Origin: Octopus sinensis
Taxonomy: Eukaryota
Reading direction: 5' to 3'
Length of the DNA: 64,000 bases
Assembly (NCBI RefSeq): GCF_006345805.1
Contig: NC_043000.1
Location: 156,984,001 to 157,048,000 of the forward strand
This document shows, one piece after another, positions 36,645 through 49,965 of the stretch (position 1 is the stretch's first letter; every line of letters begins with the position of its first letter). The notes beneath the pieces were generated by a model. It saw nothing but the letters and a program-made list of their open reading frames with translations, was not told where the DNA came from and ran no database searches. The position numbers were made by a program, and so were the translations under genes.

Positions 36645-36935
36645 TTATGGCTGCCTCCTCGTTATCGAGTATGGTCATTGCACGAAGCTTAACTGTTACT
36701 GGTGCTGTGATCGAATGTGACTTTTTAGCCCAGCCAAAGATCTACAATGTCTTGTACAAAATTGGCAACTAAAATCTTTACTGGTAATAGCCGGCTGTAG
36801 TTGTAACTGGGCTTCATGTACCTTTGCATGTCGTTTAAGTCCTCCTGCCGAATTACACTCTCTTCCACATGCCCGACAGATATGATTAGTATGGTGTGTT
36901 ACACTACCACCAGTGGCCAGGTTGTCACTCATCTG
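36645..36935 (-). mobile_element. RTE-type LINE extreme 3' end with two C2H2-like fingers
   Basis: CRACGRECNSAGGLKRHAKVH and CQFCTRHCRSLAGLKSHIRSQH match the RTE C-terminal C-x2-C-x-R-x-C-x-S-x2-GL-x-SH pattern; short 3' UTR ends in (TA)n. Confidence 0.6.
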
Positions 36936-36979
36936 TCTCGTTTTATGACTACGAGATGACTCATGAGTGACTCATGGGA

Positions 36980-37038
<59 letters not shown>

Positions 37039-38059
37039 CATACACACGTTTATATATTCGTTTTGCAAGATTCTTGATGTGAAATCGTGTGTTGAAACAG
37101 ATATTGTTGTATTTAGGAATGGTCATATTGCCAGTTTAGCCAATATATATATATGTGTGTGTGTGTGTGCGTGTGTGGTGTGTGTGTGTGTGTGTGTGTG
37201 TGCGCGTGTATGTGTGTGTATTCATATATATGTATATATATATATACATCTATATACAAGCACACATACACACACACGCACACACATGCATACATACACA
37301 CACATATAATATACGTTAATATCGAACAATGAGCATGAGTGACAGCACTGCATTGGTGGATAAAAATTCGTTATTTATGGTTTAAGACTACCTTTAGTTT
37401 AATAAGCCTATATAGACAGACAGATAGACAAACAGATAGATAGATACATACATACATACATGTATGCATATACACACGTACGCACACACATATTTTTACA
37501 AAAACCTAACTGTAAAGATAGGATACGCTTATGTAGCTTTGAGTAAAAGCGAGATTGGAATTCACGTGTGTGTAGCAGTGATTGACTCTCAGTCGTTTCG
37601 GGGTCATACCCCCAACATCAACCACCCGACTCCTTCGCCAGACTTCTAAAGCAACTGTTTATCTATTTACAAGCCCTGTTGTTGTTTAACCCTGTGTCAA
37701 CTCTCATAGGGTAGACCTATGTTCAAAGGCGCTCCAACAGCGACATTCCCGTCTCCGTTTTGGTATAGTCCATCTAGGACTATATTGTGACACACATTCT
37801 GGTTCTGTTTAGGAATTGTATGGAATATTTTTGAAAATGACAAAAATTGTTTGCATTTGCATTGTTATCGATCACAAAAGGATGATGGGTTAAAATTGAT
37901 TCTATCTGTCACATTGCCAAAACTTTCCATTCTTGAATTCTTGCTTTCTGGAATATAATAATGGTAAGGAATTATATCAAGTAATTGATTTATGTATATA
38001 TATATAGATATATATTTTAAATAGATGATTAATTGCGAAACATCCATGTTCAAAGAAGA

Positions 38060-38697
38060 AAGGAAATATTTCTCACCACCACCACCACCACCACCATCAT
38101 CATCATCATTGTCACCAACAGCAGCAGCAGCACCACCACCACCACCATCACCATCATCTCTTCCTCCTCGTCCTCCATTAGCATACCGTCATCGTCATCG
38201 TGCCCACCACCACCACCACCACCATCACCATCACATCTTCCTCCTCCTCTTCCTTCTCCTCCTCTTCCTCTTCCCTCTCCTCCTCCTCCTCCTCCTCCTC
38301 CATTAGCATACCGTCATCGTCGTCGTCACCACCACCACCACCACTACCACCACTACCACCACCATCACCACCACCATCACCCCCACCACTACCACCACCA
38401 TCACCACCACCATCACCACCACCACCACCACAATCACCACCACCACCACCACCACCATCACCCCCACCACCACCACCACCATCACCACCACCACCACCAC
38501 AATCACCACCATCATCATCATCATCGTCGTCGTCGTTGTCGTCGTCGTCATCATCATCATCATCACCACCACCACCACCACCACCAAAACCACCACCACC
38601 ACAACCACCACCACCACTACCACCACACTACCACCACCACTACCACCACCACTACCACCACCACTACCACCACCAAACCCACCACCACCACCACTAC
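38060..38697. repeat. (CAC)/(TCC)/(TCG) low-complexity block
   Basis: Directly visible. Confidence 0.9.
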
Positions 38698-39292
38698 ATT
38701 TTAATTCCCCGGAGGAGTTTTACAAGAAAAGGTTGCTAGTTGTGATGATGGCGCAGAAAATATGTTGCAATTCTCTCTTTTCTTTTTCTTTTTCTTTTTC
38801 TTTTTTTTTGGAAATCGCTCGACGGGCAAAAGTTGAGATTTAAACAACATCTGTATTGTTAACGATTCAAATAGAAGAAGGTGAACAGCGCGAGACTGGG
38901 AAATTATGAAAAAAGCTGTTGACTTCAGCGATAACCCTTGTCTTCTTGTCTTGTTCCAAAGCTAAACAATCGGCGCGGAGGCGCGGGCTTGTAGTGGCGA
39001 TGATAAGGCATGGAGGCGCAGGGTTGGAGCGATAACAATAGTAAGGGTGTCATACATAGAGAAGTAATATTTCTGTTAAGATTCCCATTGAAAGAAAACA
39101 ACCGAAAATTCGGGGTTCGTTGGAAGCTGTTTCTTTTACTTGATATTGTGTTGAGAAGAAATTCATTCCAAAAATATAGGTCAACGGATTACATTTCGTT
39201 ACTCTTGCTACCTTGCTTTTTTTTTTCGTTATATTTTCTCCCAAGTAAGGTCAAGGTCACCGTAGTATTCTGTAATGTAAGGTTAGTTGTCT

Positions 39293-39545
39293 TCTATCTT
39301 TTAATTGTTTTAGCCATTAGACTGTGGCCATGCGGCCATGCTGGGGTATCGTCTAAAAGAATTTCTAATCGAATGAATCGACCCCCTCCACCCAAGTACT
39401 TTTTTCTTATGTTATAAGCCTGGTACTTTTTCTATCGGTCTCTTTTGCCAACAGACCGTTAAGTTACGGGTCCATAAACATACCAGCACCGGTTGTCAAG
39501 CGGTGGTGGAGGACAAACACAGACATAAAGACACACACACATACA
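39293..39545 (-). mobile_element. SINE-A 3' half, diverged
   Basis: Reverse-complement match. Confidence 0.75.
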
Positions 39546-39599
39546 CACACGCGTGACATAGCATTAATTAGACAGGTTCTAATAAATGAGGTGGTGTCA

Positions 39600-41405
39600 G
39601 CTGTAACAATTTTCCCCGAGTGCGGGGTGCGTTGTGACACTTTCTGTTGATAACACGGAATTGTGTTAACAAACAAGTTTAAAATGAATACGTGTCCTGC
39701 TTCTTGCATCTAGGAAGTATTATTTTAATTAATTAAATGTGCTTTGAACCACTTCATATCCTAACTGTGATACTGAGCGTCCTCATCAGCCAATTTCCCC
39801 ATTATTACATGTGCCATCTAGTCGAAATCGTCCTCCTTTAACTTCTCACACAGAAAGTCCTGTCGTCCATCGGTACAGTCAGTGTGCGCCCAGTCTTTAC
39901 AGATCATGCATTGCACCCATTCTTCACCTGGAAGGGAGTTGGAATACCAATCTGAGCAGACAGAGCATTTCCAATCGGCGACATGCTTGCTGCGAGGCTG
40001 CTTCCCATTGCCCTACTCAGACTTGTGGCTTCTGGGGTTCGGATGGAGAGGCTGGAATTCCATTTCATAAACTTTGAGAACCAGTCAACACCAGCGCATT
40101 CATTGGCAGATCAGGAATCCGGACACTTGATTTTAGTGGTCTTCGCATAGTCGTAAGCAAGGCTTCGAATGTCAGAAGGAGTCAGACCATGGTAAATTTT
40201 AGCAGCTTTAAGGATGTAGGTCACAAACAAGTCTTCTTGCTCCTTGGTAAAAACTGCACGCGGAGAAGCATATCCAGCACTGGCTATTTCCCCCTCTGAG
40301 CTTAGTTTCTTGCAGTATCTCTGCAGCGTCATAAAATTCACCTGAAAATATAGGCGCAGGAGTGGCTGTGTGGTAAGTAGCTTGTTTACCAACCACATGG
40401 TTCCGGGTTCAATCCCACTGCGTGGCACCTTGGGCAAGTGTCTTCTACTATAGCCTCCGGCCAACCAAAGCCTTGTGAGTGGATTTGGTAGACGGAAACT
40501 GAAAGAAGCCCGTCGTATATATGTATATATATATATATGCGTGTGTGTGTTTGTGTGTCTGTGTTTGTCCCCCTAGCATTGCTTGACAACCGATGCTGGT
40601 GTGTTTACGTCCCCGTCACTTAGCGGTTCGGCAAGAGAGACCGATAGAGTAAGTACTGGGTTTACAAAAGAATAAGACCCAGGGTCGAGTTGCTCGATTA
40701 AAGGCGGTGCTCCAGCATGGCCGCAATCAAATGACTGAAACAAGTAAAAGAGTAAAAGAGTAAAAGAGTAAAGAGTAAAGTTGAAGGTTTATTTTTTGCT
40801 ACAGCTGACATTCTGTTAACATCTTAAAAGGTTGGTGTAATGGATACCGGTAACTTCATATCTAATGAGCCTGAAACCTACCTCGAAATCTTTGGCAACA
40901 TCCCATAATGATTTCTTTTCATTCACAACTTTTCTGGCAGCTCTTTCCATGACATCAGGAAGAGTATCCCCCTTTGCAGTCTTCCTTTTGTAATTTCTAG
41001 GCATGGCGTGTTAAACTGAAATATAAGGGGTAAGTTGATACACTGTAACAATTAGCCCCGACCATGAATTTCTGGGGTTTACCTCGTACACAGCACTAGC
41101 AATGCATGGCATCCAAGACACACCTTCATGTATCGAAGGCAACTTCTAACACTTCCTAATGAGCCACAAACTACTTCAGTAACACCACTTGTGCTTTAGT
41201 AGTTAAGGAAATAACTTTGTGGCAAACTTTCACTTTTGAAGTAAAAAATTGTTTTTTGAGCCATACCTTTGCTGGTGGCAGCCTGCCAGTCCAATACACA
41301 TGTGCAGTCATGATGCTATGGATTCTGCCTTCACGAGGTAGGGACCGAGTGCCACCTATTTCTTGAAGTTGGAAACAATGGGCTTGTAACAACTTACCCG
41401 TATAA
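39600..41405 (-). mobile_element. pogo-like DNA transposon, internally deleted; transposase pseudogene 41004->39818 with one intron and a C-terminal PHD finger
   Basis: MPRNYKRKT...AKDFE|VNFMTLQRYCKK...VFTKEQE...IYHGLTP...AGVDWF..FMK...SIRTPEATSLSRA, then frameshifted WKCSVC...WVQCMIC..WAHTDC...FLC. No DDE region. Imperfect subterminal motifs TGTAACAA(C/T)TT-CCC near both ends. Confidence 0.8.
40353..40780 (+). mobile_element. SINE-A full length inside the pogo intron
   Basis: Direct match to the family. Confidence 0.92.
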
Positions 41406-42650
41406 CAACTAGACCTGGTCTCCCCTACATGAACAGCTAAAGTAACTTCAGACACCTCCTTGAAAACTGTCATTTTCTGTAGTTATGAAATTCATGTAGT
41501 AAAGAATGACATTCTCTTAGTGATGTATTCCTGTACACGAGGAATTTTACATAAGACGGACTGCGTCACAAATCGACCATCACACACTGATGATAATCAT
41601 AAATAGATACCACATCATATGTCAAGGCTGACAACGAAGGGTGGAGATACTAGTATAAAGTTAAATACTGAAGCAGTTTCTCCGAATCCATTGAGAGAAT
41701 TTATCTCAGCGGTGTAAGCTAACGAGACATTCATTGATTATATGGCGCTCCCGTTCCTTACAGAAGTTTACTGTACATACACAGGGTACCTATTTATGAT
41801 TAAGACTGGAGTTTACGCTAGTGTGTGCCAAGTGACATTGACACAATGCAACGTAAGTGAGGGATACTAAACATCAGCTGTTTGTCCATCTTTGAAGTCG
41901 GCTCATCTTAAAACTACATCACCAAACTACGTCACAAATATTTAAATTGTTTTAAACATTCGATGTGCCAGACTTATCACTTGAACGTGACGCCTAAATA
42001 CACACGCTGTTTACATGTAGACGAACAACGTTTGGTATTTAAGACATTTAGCTATATTAGCTGGGAGTGGCAAAGAAAATATATCTACCTGAGATTGGTA
42101 TGACTTTCAACAACCATATCTACACTTATTTTCCTTACCTACTTGCCGGATGTTCCCTGCGCTCAGACGAAATTATCCGTGGAGCTACACACCTTAGACT
42201 TCATAACAGCTTAACTTTATCTATGTCCGTACATCCTACATCAAACATTACATGCTGTCAGTCATTCAGAAAAACTGCCTCGGTTGCCCTCAAATATCTT
42301 TCTACATAAAACCTTCCATTTATTATCTTTCATTGTAACGAAACCGCACCTAGTTGTCTGGTATTTCACACTTCGAAATATCGAGAGAACTTTAACGAGG
42401 CATACGATAGATCGCTGTCTTTTAAGACAGTTAATGATAAAAACTTAAAAATATTCAAACGTACAGAATATAGTATATATACTTATCTAGTCAATTAGAC
42501 GGCTGGCGTAAGGATGTATTCCCCGTTCCAGTAAGCACTTCATACGACATTTACTTCTTCTTTGAGTTAGCGAGGGAACCTCACATAACCTGCTAGAAAT
42601 AGCAGCCAGATATCTCACTTTATATCTCAATAAAATGGAAAAGCATATTA

Positions 42651-42787
42651 TACGAGGGGTGTATGAAAAGTCTTGAGCCTCAGAAAAAAACCCCAACAAA
42701 AAACATGGTACAAGACTTCTGAGGAAGGTACAAGACTTCAAGGATCATAGGTCTTGAAAGCTCAAAACTTTTCATGTACCCCTAGTA
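42651..42787. mobile_element. 137-bp mariner-type MITE
   Basis: TIRs TACGAGGGGTGTATGAAAAGTCTTGAGC and GCTCAAAACTTTTCATGTACCCCTAGTA (23/28 match), TA ends. Confidence 0.75.
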
Positions 42788-43559
42788 TGCTATAATCTTA
42801 GATACCCCTAAAAAGAATAGAAGAGTCACGACATAGTTTTGCTAGGGTAAGATTGCCCTAGAATTAAATAGCACCTCGTACTTCACTTCTAATATAATCG
42901 ATTCGAACTGATTGAATATATTTCTTTCTAGTGAAATGAACTTTTGCCTGTTTAAGCAATTTCTGTAGGTAGATGACATTGAGGAAGTTTCTAAATTAGG
43001 GATTATTAATCGGAAATATCCATAATTCTTGAGGCTTTAAGAATCAAAGGTTGAAGATATGGCATTCGACTTTTCTATCGTATTTCCATAATTCTACTAA
43101 ATAAACGATAATATTGAGGAACTCATACAATCATCATAGTATTTCCTTGATAAGGTTATATGTTGGTGCAGTAAGAGTTAGATCACTCTTCATTTTGAAG
43201 ATTTTCAGTCTGTTTACATATCTTCAATACCAGAAAGGGCATGGATAGAAGGTTACTCATTCACATTTCTCCATTGAAACATCATTGAATAAAATCAATT
43301 TAAATAATACTGTTTCCTTAAATAATTATTTTTCATTGGATATTAACATTTTATATTTGACATTTAATTTTTCGCTTTATTCTTACAGTAATCTCTTTTT
43401 TTTTTGCGAAATGTCATCCTCACACTGATAATAAATGAATAAATAAATAAATAAATAAATTAATACAGAAACAGAAGTGCATTAATTAAAATGTTAGCCT
43501 TACTTGCACCTGCGTGACAGAACAAGATGGAAAGGAATGACCTTCTAATGTATGATTTG

Positions 43560-44800
43560 AAATTTTACAATGAGAAATGGAAATTTGAAGACGTCAGCAC
43601 TGAGACAAAAATTAGAAAAGCAAGCAAAGAAAATTGATGCTTTAAATTTGAAAAGAATTTGTTATCATTAGAAAGGATCTCTTTCATCATATGGGGTTTC
43701 TCCTCCTGGAAACGTTATTCTGATAAACCTTAATTAAGTTTCGTTTATGAGTACAAAAGACGCATCATACAGAGAAAACCTAACGAAGCCCTGTGAATTG
43801 GAGGTTTCTAAAATTATACTGAAATAGGATGTGATGAAGCAATTAAGTTACATGTGCTTATCCACTGACTCTGTACGCCAGATCATTAAAAGTAAGAGTC
43901 AGGGCATTGCAATCCATGTTGCTCAGTCCTTCAAAAACCAGTATACAACTTGATAATACAAGCGACATTTCAAACAACAGCCAATTACTTGTATTTGTGC
44001 AACACCAAGAAAGAGTTTTTATTGAATAACCTCCTCCATACAATAATCAAAATAGATGAAGTGTTCAAGCCGATCGAATTGTTCTTCCATCGACCCGTGT
44101 TTGTAAATCGGGTATTACTGTGTCTAGCTATCGGGTTGGAATTCTCGCAATGTTTGGCATGAAATTTAAGTTCGTTGTTCTGGTTAAGGTGGCAGTTCTG
44201 TATGAGTTCACTACATACTGTTTTATATTATCTAGTTTTGATTTACAAAGTACTGCCATGGAAATTTAAAGAAGTTATGGAAATAATTGTGTAACCAACT
44301 TTATTCGCGGGCGTGCATTGAACTATCGACTATTTCAAAAATTCTCTGTTGAGATTAAGGTGAAATGTAGGGATAATGTACCACACCAAGCTAAGTTGTG
44401 GCTGAGATTGTGTGTGAAATGAGAATTTGGATTTCAGTTCTCAAATTCCTCAGCAAGTATTGGCAACCTCCTTCCTCTTGAGGAAAATTTTGAAGATAAG
44501 CATATTATTGTTAGTCTTGTGTATCTTGCCAATATTTTTAGCCTCTCACTCAACAGCTCAAACATGTTGGTTAAAAAAATGTATATGAACATAATTTAAG
44601 CTAAGGAAAGCTTGAAGCATTTAGAAGAAATTATAAATTTATAGTCACTATGTTGAATGCGTGCATCTAGTGAACTTCTGAAGTATTGACGATATCCTCA
44701 TTGAAGATAGTAAAACATTGCTTACGGAAATTCATCCCCTTTGGAAGTCCTAAGTACCAGTTTTAACGGTTACTTCTCAGGTATTTATAGTCTTAACTCA
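43560..44800 (+). mobile_element. Decayed hAT (Buster/Charlie/ZBED-like) transposase
   Basis: SIQLDNTSDISNNSQLLVFV (about 43940) and NFIRGRALNYRLF (44297) match QLDESTD...QLLVFVR and NFIK-RALN-RLF; many stops. Confidence 0.65.
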
Positions 44801-45129
44801 TAATTCTTTGAGTTCATAACTTATTCTCATTTGATATATCTATGGTGATGACAATGTTCTAGGATATAGGAATTTCATTGACTTCCAAAAAGACCCCAAA
44901 AAGCTGATTTGGAAAAGATGGGGTGGGATGCAAAAGAACAGAGAAGTCATGACTAAAATACTTTACGACATGACTAAAATACTTTACCACATTTAAAGAA
45001 ATGACAGTCAAACACGTTACGACCGGAATAAAGGTTTCATAGACCAGGATTGTCTAAAATTACATGCATATCTGCATATATAATCGGCCTTTGTCTTTCC
45101 CTTGGATAACACTGGTGATATATGATTCA

Positions 45130-45297
45130 CCATGCTGGACCACTGAAATTTACAAGTGTTTTTCATTCTCTCTCTGTTAATTTTCTCATATGCCTTTCTG
45201 TTGAAGAGCGTAGGCTCAAAATGTAAAGACATTTTCATTTTTCCCGAGCGTCAAACTAATAGATTTGCTTTTCGTCTCTTGTTTTTCTGTAAATTTC

Positions 45298-45300
<3 letters not shown>
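45130..45300 (+). mobile_element. pLTR fragment with decayed minimal HHR (45194-45228)
   Basis: CTTT-CTGTTGA-A-GAGC-GTAG-GCTC-AAAA-TG-TA-AAG; same family as 6700-6858. Confidence 0.65.
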
Positions 45301-45345
<45 letters not shown>

Positions 45346-45791
45346 ATTGTTGTTTTTGTTGTTGCTTACACAGATCAGCCATGATCGAACAAGCATATGG
45401 TCAAAGGTGTTCCAGCTTTGACCAGCTCGTATTTTGTTTGTCTAGCATTATATTATACATATCCTTTCTACAACAAATAGAGTACGATTTGAGAGAGATT
45501 TAGCTGCTATTTCTTGCATTGTCGTACGAACATATAAATTGCCTTCCTCTTTGACTCAGAATGTAGATGTGGGTGTGAATGTGTGAATATATTTGCCAAT
45601 AATTGGCACAATAAAATGGAAGAGAGAAAATTTTTGAAATGATTTATCGATTATTTTCCTTCGATTTATTGATCGAATCACTTAGAATGTCACACTGCGC
45701 CGAAAGAATATTGGAAAGCTTTGATCAGAAGCTTTGACTCTAGAAACATTAAATTTCAGAATTACTGAAGTTGTTATTTGGTTGTTGTTGC

Positions 45792-45824
<33 letters not shown>

Positions 45825-46069
45825 AGCTACTGCTACTACTGCTACTGCTGCTGCTGCTGTTGTTGAGTTGCTCATACATTATAGGTTCTTTATCTGCTCT
45901 ATGAGCGCAGCTTTGTGCACCTTCAGAATGCGCAACGTTTCGTTTTTATCCGTATCGAAAGTGTTCGACGTAATAAACGGTGCCGACTAATACACTTTTC
46001 TGTACATTATGCTATTTTATGCATGCCATAAAGTCCGAAAATTTTAGCTGTGTGTTTCTTTGTCTTTTT

Positions 46070-46390
46070 AATTTTTTTTGTACAATTCCCAAAATACTTA
46101 TTAATTTCAACCCCCACATTCAATCGCTATTTTCAGATCTTTATATTTGGAAAAGTTTTGATATATCACATCGGTTTTAATAGATTCTTTGACGAGTAGT
46201 TATTTCTTTTTTTGATGGTCCTTGGCAATAACATCTGCTTTCTTAACTTTGGCCTCTATATATGTGCATTGGCATATCTCAGATTATAGTTGTTTTGGCA
46301 TTCTCAAAGATCTTTTCCGGCGTATGTGTATACCACCTCTTTTCTGTTTGTATTTCAATGAGCCAGTATAACTTACAATACATATAAGTC
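46070..46390 (-). mobile_element. Second, older R4/Dong-like RLE fragment
   Basis: WYTHTPEKIFENAKTTII*DMPMH...FSKYKDLKI parallels 11838-12300. Confidence 0.6.
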
Positions 46391-46499
46391 TACATGAGTA
46401 TTCTTCCTTAGTTAAGACTGGCATATGAGAGACAATATTGATCCTTCCTCTTCACATATTCTTAACTTATTATATTCTACTTCATTATACTCTTTTGAT

Positions 46500-46866
46500 G
46501 AGTGGCTGTGTGGTAAGTAGCTTGCTTACCAACCACATGGTTCCGGGTTCAGTCCCACTGCGTGACACCTTGGGCAAGTGTCTTCTACTATCGCCTCGGG
46601 CCGACCAAAGCCTTGTGAGTGGATTTGGTAGACGGAAACTGAAAGAAGTATATGTGTGTGTGTGTTTGTATGTCTGTGTTTGTCCTCGCAACATCGCTTG
46701 ACAACCGATGCTGGTGTGTTTACGTCCCCGTGACTTAGCGGTTCGGCAAAAGAAACCGATAGAATAAGTACTAGGATTACAAAGAATAAGTCCTGGCGTC
46801 GATTTGCTCGGCTAAAGGTGGTGCTCCAGCACGGCCGCAGTCAAGTGACTGAAACGTGTAAGAGAG
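46500..46866 (+). mobile_element. SINE-A
   Basis: Direct match to the family. Confidence 0.9.
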
Positions 46867-47479
46867 CATCTGGTGAGGAGGCTTTGATGTTGTGTTACAA
46901 TTAAGAATCCTTCAGTTTTGGCTTTTAGTCTTGTACTTCTTAGTCACTATCGCAACTCTTTACCGTGTTTACTTCCAACCTGTATAGCTCTCAGGGATAT
47001 TGGGATACACGAACTTTTCTTGGAGGTGATTGGTCAATCATGTTTGACTCCATTTTTTTATTCGTTGGATCTTCCATTATCGAAGTAGTTTTTCCCTCAA
47101 CCATCTACACCAGTATATTTCCTTGTGTTACACATTCATTCAGATGATTACCGATTTAGCATGAAATACATGATCACCAACTGGTCAGCGTGAGCAGGTA
47201 GGTTAACAACCAGCATATATAAGTTGGCAACTGTATATTGAAACTTCAGCCAGCTGTGGATCGTCGACGACTGAATGGAAACGGATTGAAAACTCTGCCA
47301 CCGATGAGAGAAAAAAGCGTAGGATTTGAATCAAGGGAGAATGGATCTAGTCTGCTATTTTACGTAGTCTACAATCTTCTTCCCTTACTGGTGTTCAGGA
47401 ATATTTTGTGAATAAAACTTTATTTAATGTAAATCTGAATAATGAAGAGAGATAGAAGACAATTAAGAACAATCAAACG

Positions 47480-48190
47480 CAATGAACACCACCGCCAACG
47501 ACAATACCAGTGCCAACGACAATACCAGTGCCAACGACAATACCAGTGCCATCATCACCAGCGACATTACCACCGCTGCCGTCAGCACCACCACCACCGC
47601 CACCACCACCAACAACAACGACAACAGCAACAACAAAAGTAACAACAACACAAACAGTAAACATTACTACCACCACCACCACCGCCACCACCACCACCAC
47701 CACCACCACCACCACTACCACCACCATCACCTCCACCACCATCACCACTACCAGCATCACAAGCACCACCACCAGCACCACCAGCACCAACCACCACTAA
47801 CCACCACCACCACCACCACCACCAACAACAACAACAGCAGCAATAATATAACAACAGCACAAACAAGAAAACATTACCACCACCACCGCCGCCACCCACC
47901 ACCCCCACCACTACTACCACCTCCACCACCACCACAAACAATCCATGTAGCAACACCACCATGAGCACCACCGCCGCCACTACAAGCACCTCTACCAACA
48001 ACAACAGCATAAAATATCCACAACACTATCACCACCACCGCCACCACCACCAGCACCACTACCACCTCAAACAACAACAACAGCAACAACATCAGGAACA
48101 ATAATAGCACCAACACAATCACTCCTATCGACAACACTAGCACTAACAACAACAACAACAACAACAACAACAAGAATACACTACCAACAA
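47480..48190. repeat. (CAC)/(AAC) low-complexity block with an 18-bp x3 unit
   Basis: GCCAACGACAATACCAGT x3 near 47495-47550. Confidence 0.85.
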
Positions 48191-48684
48191 CAACAAGAAC
48201 AATTCCGGTGCCGAGGACGTGGAGAAGAGAGAGAGAGAGAGAAATATAAAATGGGTGATAAAGGAAATTGATGAATAAACAAGTAAACAAGCAAACAGTT
48301 GAAAAAAGAAAACGATCCCCTCGAAAGAGGAGAGAAATGAGGGAGAGAGAGAGAGAGAGAGAGAAGGGGAAAAAAGAGAGGGAGAGCGGGGAGACGGGTG
48401 GCAGAAAACGTTCCAATGACTGGAGGTGGAAAGAGGAAGGAAGAAAGAAAGAAAGGAAGGAAGGAAGGAAAGAAGGGAAGGAGGGAAGAAAGAAAGACAT
48501 ACGAAAATATCTTTCTTTCCCCCTCCCTCCCCCATTGTTTTCTTTTTTTTTTGTTTTGCTTTGTTTTTTGTTTTTACCATTTTCTGTAGTTTTTCGTTTG
48601 TTGCGAAATGTAAATCGAAACAATTTATGTAAGGTCGTTTTAACATGGCGCTGATTGCATTGTGTTCAGGAAGGAAGATGCGAC

Positions 48685-49965
48685 ACGGTGGAGGTGGTGG
48701 TGGTGGTGGTGGCAGTGGTGGTGGTTGTGGTGGTTGTGGTGGTACTGGTTGCGATGGTGGTGGTGGTGGTGGTTGAGATGGTCGTTGTGGTGGTGGTGGT
48801 GGTGGTGGTTGTGGTGGCACTGGTTGCAGTGTTAGTGGTGGCTGAGGTAATGGTTGCGATGGTGGAGGTAGTGGTGGTGGTGGTTGTGGTGGTGGTGGTG
48901 GTGGTTGTGGTGGCACTGGTTGCAGTGTTAGTGGTGGCTGAGGTAATGGTTGCGATGGTGGAGGTGGTGGTGGTGGTGGTTTGTGGTGGAGGTAGTGTTA
49001 GTGGTGGTTGTTGTGGTGGCACTGGTTGCAGTGTTAGTAGTGGCTGAGGTAATGGTTGCGATGGTGGAGGTAGCGGTGGTGGTGGTTGTGGTGGTGGTGG
49101 TTGTGGTGGTACTGGTTGCACTGTTAGTGGTGGCTGAGGTAATGGTTGCGATGGTGGAGGTAGTGGTGGTGGTGGTTGTGGTGGTGGTGGTTGTGGTGGT
49201 ACTGGTTGCACTGTTAGTGGTGGCTGAGGTAATGGTTGCGATGGTGGAGGTAGCGGTGGTGGTGGTTGTGGTGGTGGTGGTTGTGGTGGTACTGGTTGCA
49301 CTGTTAGTGGTGGCTGAGGTAATGGTTGCGATGGTGGAGGTAGTGGTGGTGGTGGTTGTGGTGGTGGTGGTTGTGGTGGTACTGGTTGCACTGTTAGTGG
49401 TGGCTGAGGTAATGGTTGCGATGGTGGAGGTAGTGGTGATGGTGGTAGTTGTGGTGGTGGTGGTCGTGGTGGCACTGGTTGCAGTGTTAGTAGTGGCTGA
49501 GGTAATGGTTGCGATGGTGGAGGTAGCGGTGGTGGTGGTTGTGGTGGTGGTGGTTGTGGTGGTACTGGTTGCACTGTTAGTGGTGGCTGAGGTAATGGTT
49601 GCGATGGTGGAGGTAGTGGTGGTGGTGGTTGTGGTGGTGGTGGTTGTGGTGGTACTGGTTGCAGTGTTAGTGGTGGCTGAGGTAATGGTTGCGATGGTGG
49701 AGGTAGTGGTGATGGTGGTAGTTGTGGTGGTGGTGGTTGTGGTGGTACTGGTTGCAGTGTTAGTGGTAGCTGAGGTAATGGTTGCGATGGTGGAGGTAGT
49801 GGTGATGGTGGTAGTTGTGGTGGTGGTGGTTGTGGTGGGGGTGGTTGCAGTGTTAGTGGTGACTGAGGTAATGGTTGTGATGGTGGAGGTAGTGGTGGTT
49901 GTGGTTGTGGTGTTAGTAGTGGCTGCGGGGGCGCAGATTGTGGTGGTTGCGGTGGGCAGTGGTTG
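48685..49965. repeat. About 90-bp minisatellite, 12 units
   Basis: CTGAGGTAATGGTTG at 48842, 48938, 49044, 49134, 49224, 49314, 49404, 49497, 49587, 49677, 49770 and 49863. Confidence 0.95.

Noticed and set aside
36696-36932. Two C2H2 fingers as a host zinc-finger gene
   Set aside because: No TGEKP linkers; the pattern and short 3' UTR fit an RTE LINE C-terminus.
36955-36985. Tandem TGACTCA (AP-1-like) sites
   Set aside because: Produced by a short local GACTCATG triplication at a LINE/microsatellite junction; no evidence of function.
38960-39040. Small CpG-rich patch as a promoter
   Set aside because: Too short for an island; the minus strand weakly resembles PLE coding sequence; cannot be supported either way.
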